Source: Blastocystis sp. ATCC 50177/Nand II
Lineage: Eukaryota
Reading direction: 5' to 3'
DNA length: 64,000 bases
Assembly (NCBI GenBank): GCA_039096935.1
Contig: JBBPEE010000035.1
Span: 434,001 to 498,000, forward strand
This document shows, one piece after another, positions 61,975 through 64,000 of this stretch (the stretch's first letter is position 1; the number at the start of each line of letters is the position of its first letter). The notes under the pieces are model-generated. The model searched no databases. It saw nothing but the letters and a program-made list of their open reading frames with translations, and was not told the DNA's origin. Both the position numbers and the translations under genes were made by a program.

Positions 61975-63043
61975 CGGGTCCTGCTCCGTCAGCGAGTAGC
62001 CCGACGTCTGGCAGTGCGTACGCAGCAGCAGCGACTTGCGGTTCTCGGGGTGGAAGTGCTTCTGGATGCGCTTCGCCCACAGCTGGCGCGCCGCACGCAG
62101 CTTCGCCACCTCCATGTAGAAGTTCATGCCCATGCCGAAGAAGAACGACAGACGAGGAGCCACCTTGTCCACAGACACGCCAGCCGCCTCGGCCGTGCGC
62201 ACGTACTCAATACCATCGGCAATCGTGAACGCCATCTCCAGCATGGCGTCCGCACCAGCCTCCTGCATGTGGTAACCCGAAATCGAGATCGAGTTGAACT
62301 TCGGCATGTGCACCGACGTGTAACCCATGATATCCTGAATCACACGCAGCGACTCGTGAGGAGGATAGATGAACGTGTTACGCACCATGAACTCCTTCAG
62401 AATATCGTTCTGGATCGTACCACGCAGCAGCTCCTGCTTCACGCCCTGCTCCTCAGCAGCAATCACGTAGAACGCCATGATGGGAAGCACAGCACCATTC
62501 ATCGTCATCGACACAGACATCTTGTCCAGAGGAATGCCGTTGAACAGCACCTTCATGTCCTCCACGGAGTCGATAGCCACACCAGCCATACCCACATCAC
62601 CCACCACACGAGGATGATCAGAGTCGTAGCCACGGTGAGTCGCCAGATCGAAGGCCACGGACAGACCCTGCTGACCGGCAGCCAGGTTCTTGCGGTAGAA
62701 GGCGTTGGAGGCCTCAGCGGTCGAGAAACCAGCGTACTGACGAATGGTCCAGGGCTTCTTCGTGTACATGGTGGCGTAAGGACCACGAGTGAAGGGGTAG
62801 ATGGCAGGGCAGTCCTCGGTCTGGATGTCTTCGATATCGCACTTTCTGAACAGCGGCTTCATCTGGATACCCTCGGGAGTCTTGAAGTTCAGAGTATCTA
62901 GCTGTCATGTGACAATGACACCACCCACCGGGAGAGGCACCCTTGAGTTCCTTCGTGGCGAGCTTCACCCACGCTTCAGGATAAGGGGTCACGGCGAAAG
63001 CACGCACAGAGCTCTTAGTCAACTGTCTAGACACGGCAAGCAT
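60787..63043 (-). CDS. MMUT: Methylmalonyl-CoA mutase with mitochondrial-type targeting peptide
   Basis: [29 protein letters not shown] and B12-binding [11 protein letters not shown]; Arg/Ser-rich N-terminus. Confidence 0.98.
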
Positions 63044-64000
63044 TTCTAGCTGCAGAACTATGCATTACACGATCGCTCTTTAAATGTACAGTTTCCTGTG
63101 TATTAACGATAAATAATACTGATCATTTCCTACCATAGAAAGCAGTAACCTTCCACGGTTGCGGGAATATTCGAGATTTCCGCCCCGTTTCTTCGACCAT
63201 CGTCTTGCTTTTTCTGGGCGATTTGGCGAATTGTGTGTGGTTTCCTCCCATAGTGTAATGCAAATGATGAACACATTACTGCAGGTGCATCCTTAAGGAA
63301 TACAGGAAGATTAGAGATATGTGGTGAATGCTCCACGCAAATGCAAAACAGTTTCATGCAATACAATACAGCAACTCACTGACATACTATGCCGGCATTC
63401 CTTCTTCCTTCTTGGCGATTGTTGCGCATGTGCTTCCTGCAGGTTTTCTAGGTCAGCATGTTACGTAAATCGCTGAGCGCATGGAGGCCAGAACAGGATT
63501 GAGCCCGTTGACTGCGATAGCTACGCATCAGAAATCATCACTTCCAGTCACCTTGCCCGTATAGAACGGAGTCTACAGGATTGCAGAAGAGGCCTCGAAT
63601 TCGTTTTGCACAAGGTCTCCATCATGCGCTTTGTCGTTAGCGGCCCCTGTATAGAATGGTAAGTGACTGGTCCCTTCAAATCTGCTGTATCTTCCTTGTA
63701 TCACTCTCCCGTTCTTCATATGGAGACATAGTCTATAGGACTATTGAACCACTTTTCCTATAGCTGATGTGAATCCATACCCATACGTACTTCCAATCCG
63801 TCTAGAACACAACAGTCTCTGCTTTTCCCATCCTTTCTCTCTTTCCCTTCCATATCATTATGCTGGAACAAGGAGGCGAAGAGAAGTCAATGCGCGAAAG
63901 GGAGCCCTTCTCCGATGGCTTTTGTTGATGGATTGAGCGAGAGGTGAGACAGTAAGCCGCCGTTGAATGATTGGATGAATGGATTCTATTTTAGGGACGG

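Noticed and set aside
60523..62901. 792-aa + strand ORF, and similar long ORFs at 50551..52440, 43519..45252, 16261..17601 and 31454..33040
   Set aside because: Antisense shadows of GC3-rich genes (MMUT, sorting nexin, Miro, Prp16, Nup98); no recognisable motifs
63300..63900. Possible Sm/LSm-like fragment (RLCLHMKNGRVIQGRYSRFEG) on the minus strand
   Set aside because: No convincing start or splice path found

Overview
Very gene-dense eukaryotic nuclear DNA with about 40 protein-coding genes, 1 tRNA and 1 DNA transposon. It is almost certainly Blastocystis (inference): most introns are ~30 nt, a TGTTTGTT element follows many gene ends, and five genes appear to lack a genomic stop that poly(A) addition 4 nt upstream of the motif would create. 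The gene set (MMUT, Miro, VDAC, OGC carrier, bacterial-type L-serine dehydratase) also fits. The most unusual region is 46352-48910. An intact Fot/pogo-type DD35D transposon (46-bp TIRs, TA TSD) interrupts a GDP-fucose transporter gene and carries an 833-bp duplication of its own 3' end, joined at a TA. Its promoter region holds a perfect 5-unit heat-shock element whose 15-bp core is identical to the element upstream of the host STI1/HOP gene in the same window. Other notable items are a probable domesticated, catalytically dead CENP-B/pogo-like gene, near-identical G-rich 30-nt introns in unrelated genes, and a Nup98 ending at the HF cleavage site with a ubiquitin-like insert. Exon joins were made by eye and homology calls come from remembered motifs, not from searches.
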